Under the pieces are notes generated by a model that worked only from the letters and a program-made list of their open reading frames with translations, was not told where the DNA came from and did not search any database. The position numbers were made by a program, and so were the translations under genes. From Podarcis muralis (lineage: Eukaryota), in contig NC_135667.1 of assembly GCF_964188315.1 (NCBI RefSeq), positions 25,358,001 through 25,422,000 of the forward strand: 64,000 nucleotides of DNA, given 5' to 3'. This document shows, piece by piece, positions 63,269 through 64,000 of the stretch (positions are counted from its first letter, which is position 1; each line of letters opens with the position of its first letter).

Positions 63269-64000
63269 TGTTGAAACCAGCAATGCTGCTTTTTTATTGG
63301 CCAAAATCTGAAATTTTGTATCTTGCCTTTCTAAAGTAGAAACACAATCCCTGTATTGGCCAAAAGAAAATTCAACATAATGCTTGACATCTTTCCCAAA
63401 AGTGAGAATGGATTCAGTTCTCATACTCATTTTTGGCCAAAGGAATGTTCATCAAAAATATTTGACTTGAAAAAAATAAAATGTATTATGTAAATAGCAT
63501 ATTTAACTTTAAACATGCGATTCTAACATTTACTTAATGTGTAGCGATAAATGGTTAGCTCTTTTTGAGTACTCCAACTAACAAAGAAATTTGAAAATTA
63601 CATTAATCATTTTCAGTATTGCTTTTCTAATGTTGAAGCCACCAGCCTTGCTTTTCTAAGGGCCAAAATAAAATTAAACTCCATTGCCTGGCATTTTTAA
63701 ACATAATAATGAATAGGTTGTATTCATGACAGTAATCTTATGTAGAGCATGCATTTTTAAAGCCAATTGTCTTTTCCCATAAGAGATTCTTAAAGGAAAA
63801 TAACAAGGTTTTTTGGGGGGTAGCAAACCATTCTGAGCCATTAATCAGCATTTCACCTAATAATAGAAGTATTAGTGGTCAATAACCAAAACAATAAATT
63901 ATCTAGTGCAAGTGGAGAAGATGGAGAGGATGTGAATATGAGATCAATCAGTATCATTATCAGGAATATATGAAGGTAAAAAAGAAGAAGAAGATTTAGG

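Overview
Vertebrate genomic DNA from a squamate reptile (Sauria SINEs; probably a lacertid lizard, which is an inference). It spans the junction between an olfactory receptor (OR) cluster and a vomeronasal type-2 receptor (V2R) tandem array. The left half has four intact single-exon ORs (7687-8658 -, 13181-14143 -, 23193-24131 +, 29645-30661 +). The right half has three ~10-14 kb paralogous V2R genes on the minus strand. V2R-A (31858-40441) and V2R-B (46302-54510) are complete 6-exon models of 875 aa with GT-AG introns and coding exons of 218/292/861/228/127/902 bp. V2R-C has exons 2-6 (56645-63136), and its exon 1 lies beyond the window. TEs include L1, L2, Sauria and other tRNA-derived SINEs, Tc1/mariner and hAT MITEs and a Penelope element. 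The most interesting signals are: (1) four diverged copies of a TSD-less element with an att-like inverted terminal junction, co-varying hairpins and an SGNH-hydrolase remnant, probably Ngaro/DIRS-type tyrosine-recombinase retroelement derivatives; (2) a minimal hammerhead ribozyme in a Penelope inverted repeat inside V2R-B intron 4; (3) mosaic, gene-conversion-like V2R paralogs. One 148-N assembly gap. No rRNA, true tRNA or CRISPR features were seen. All calls were made by eye, without database searches.
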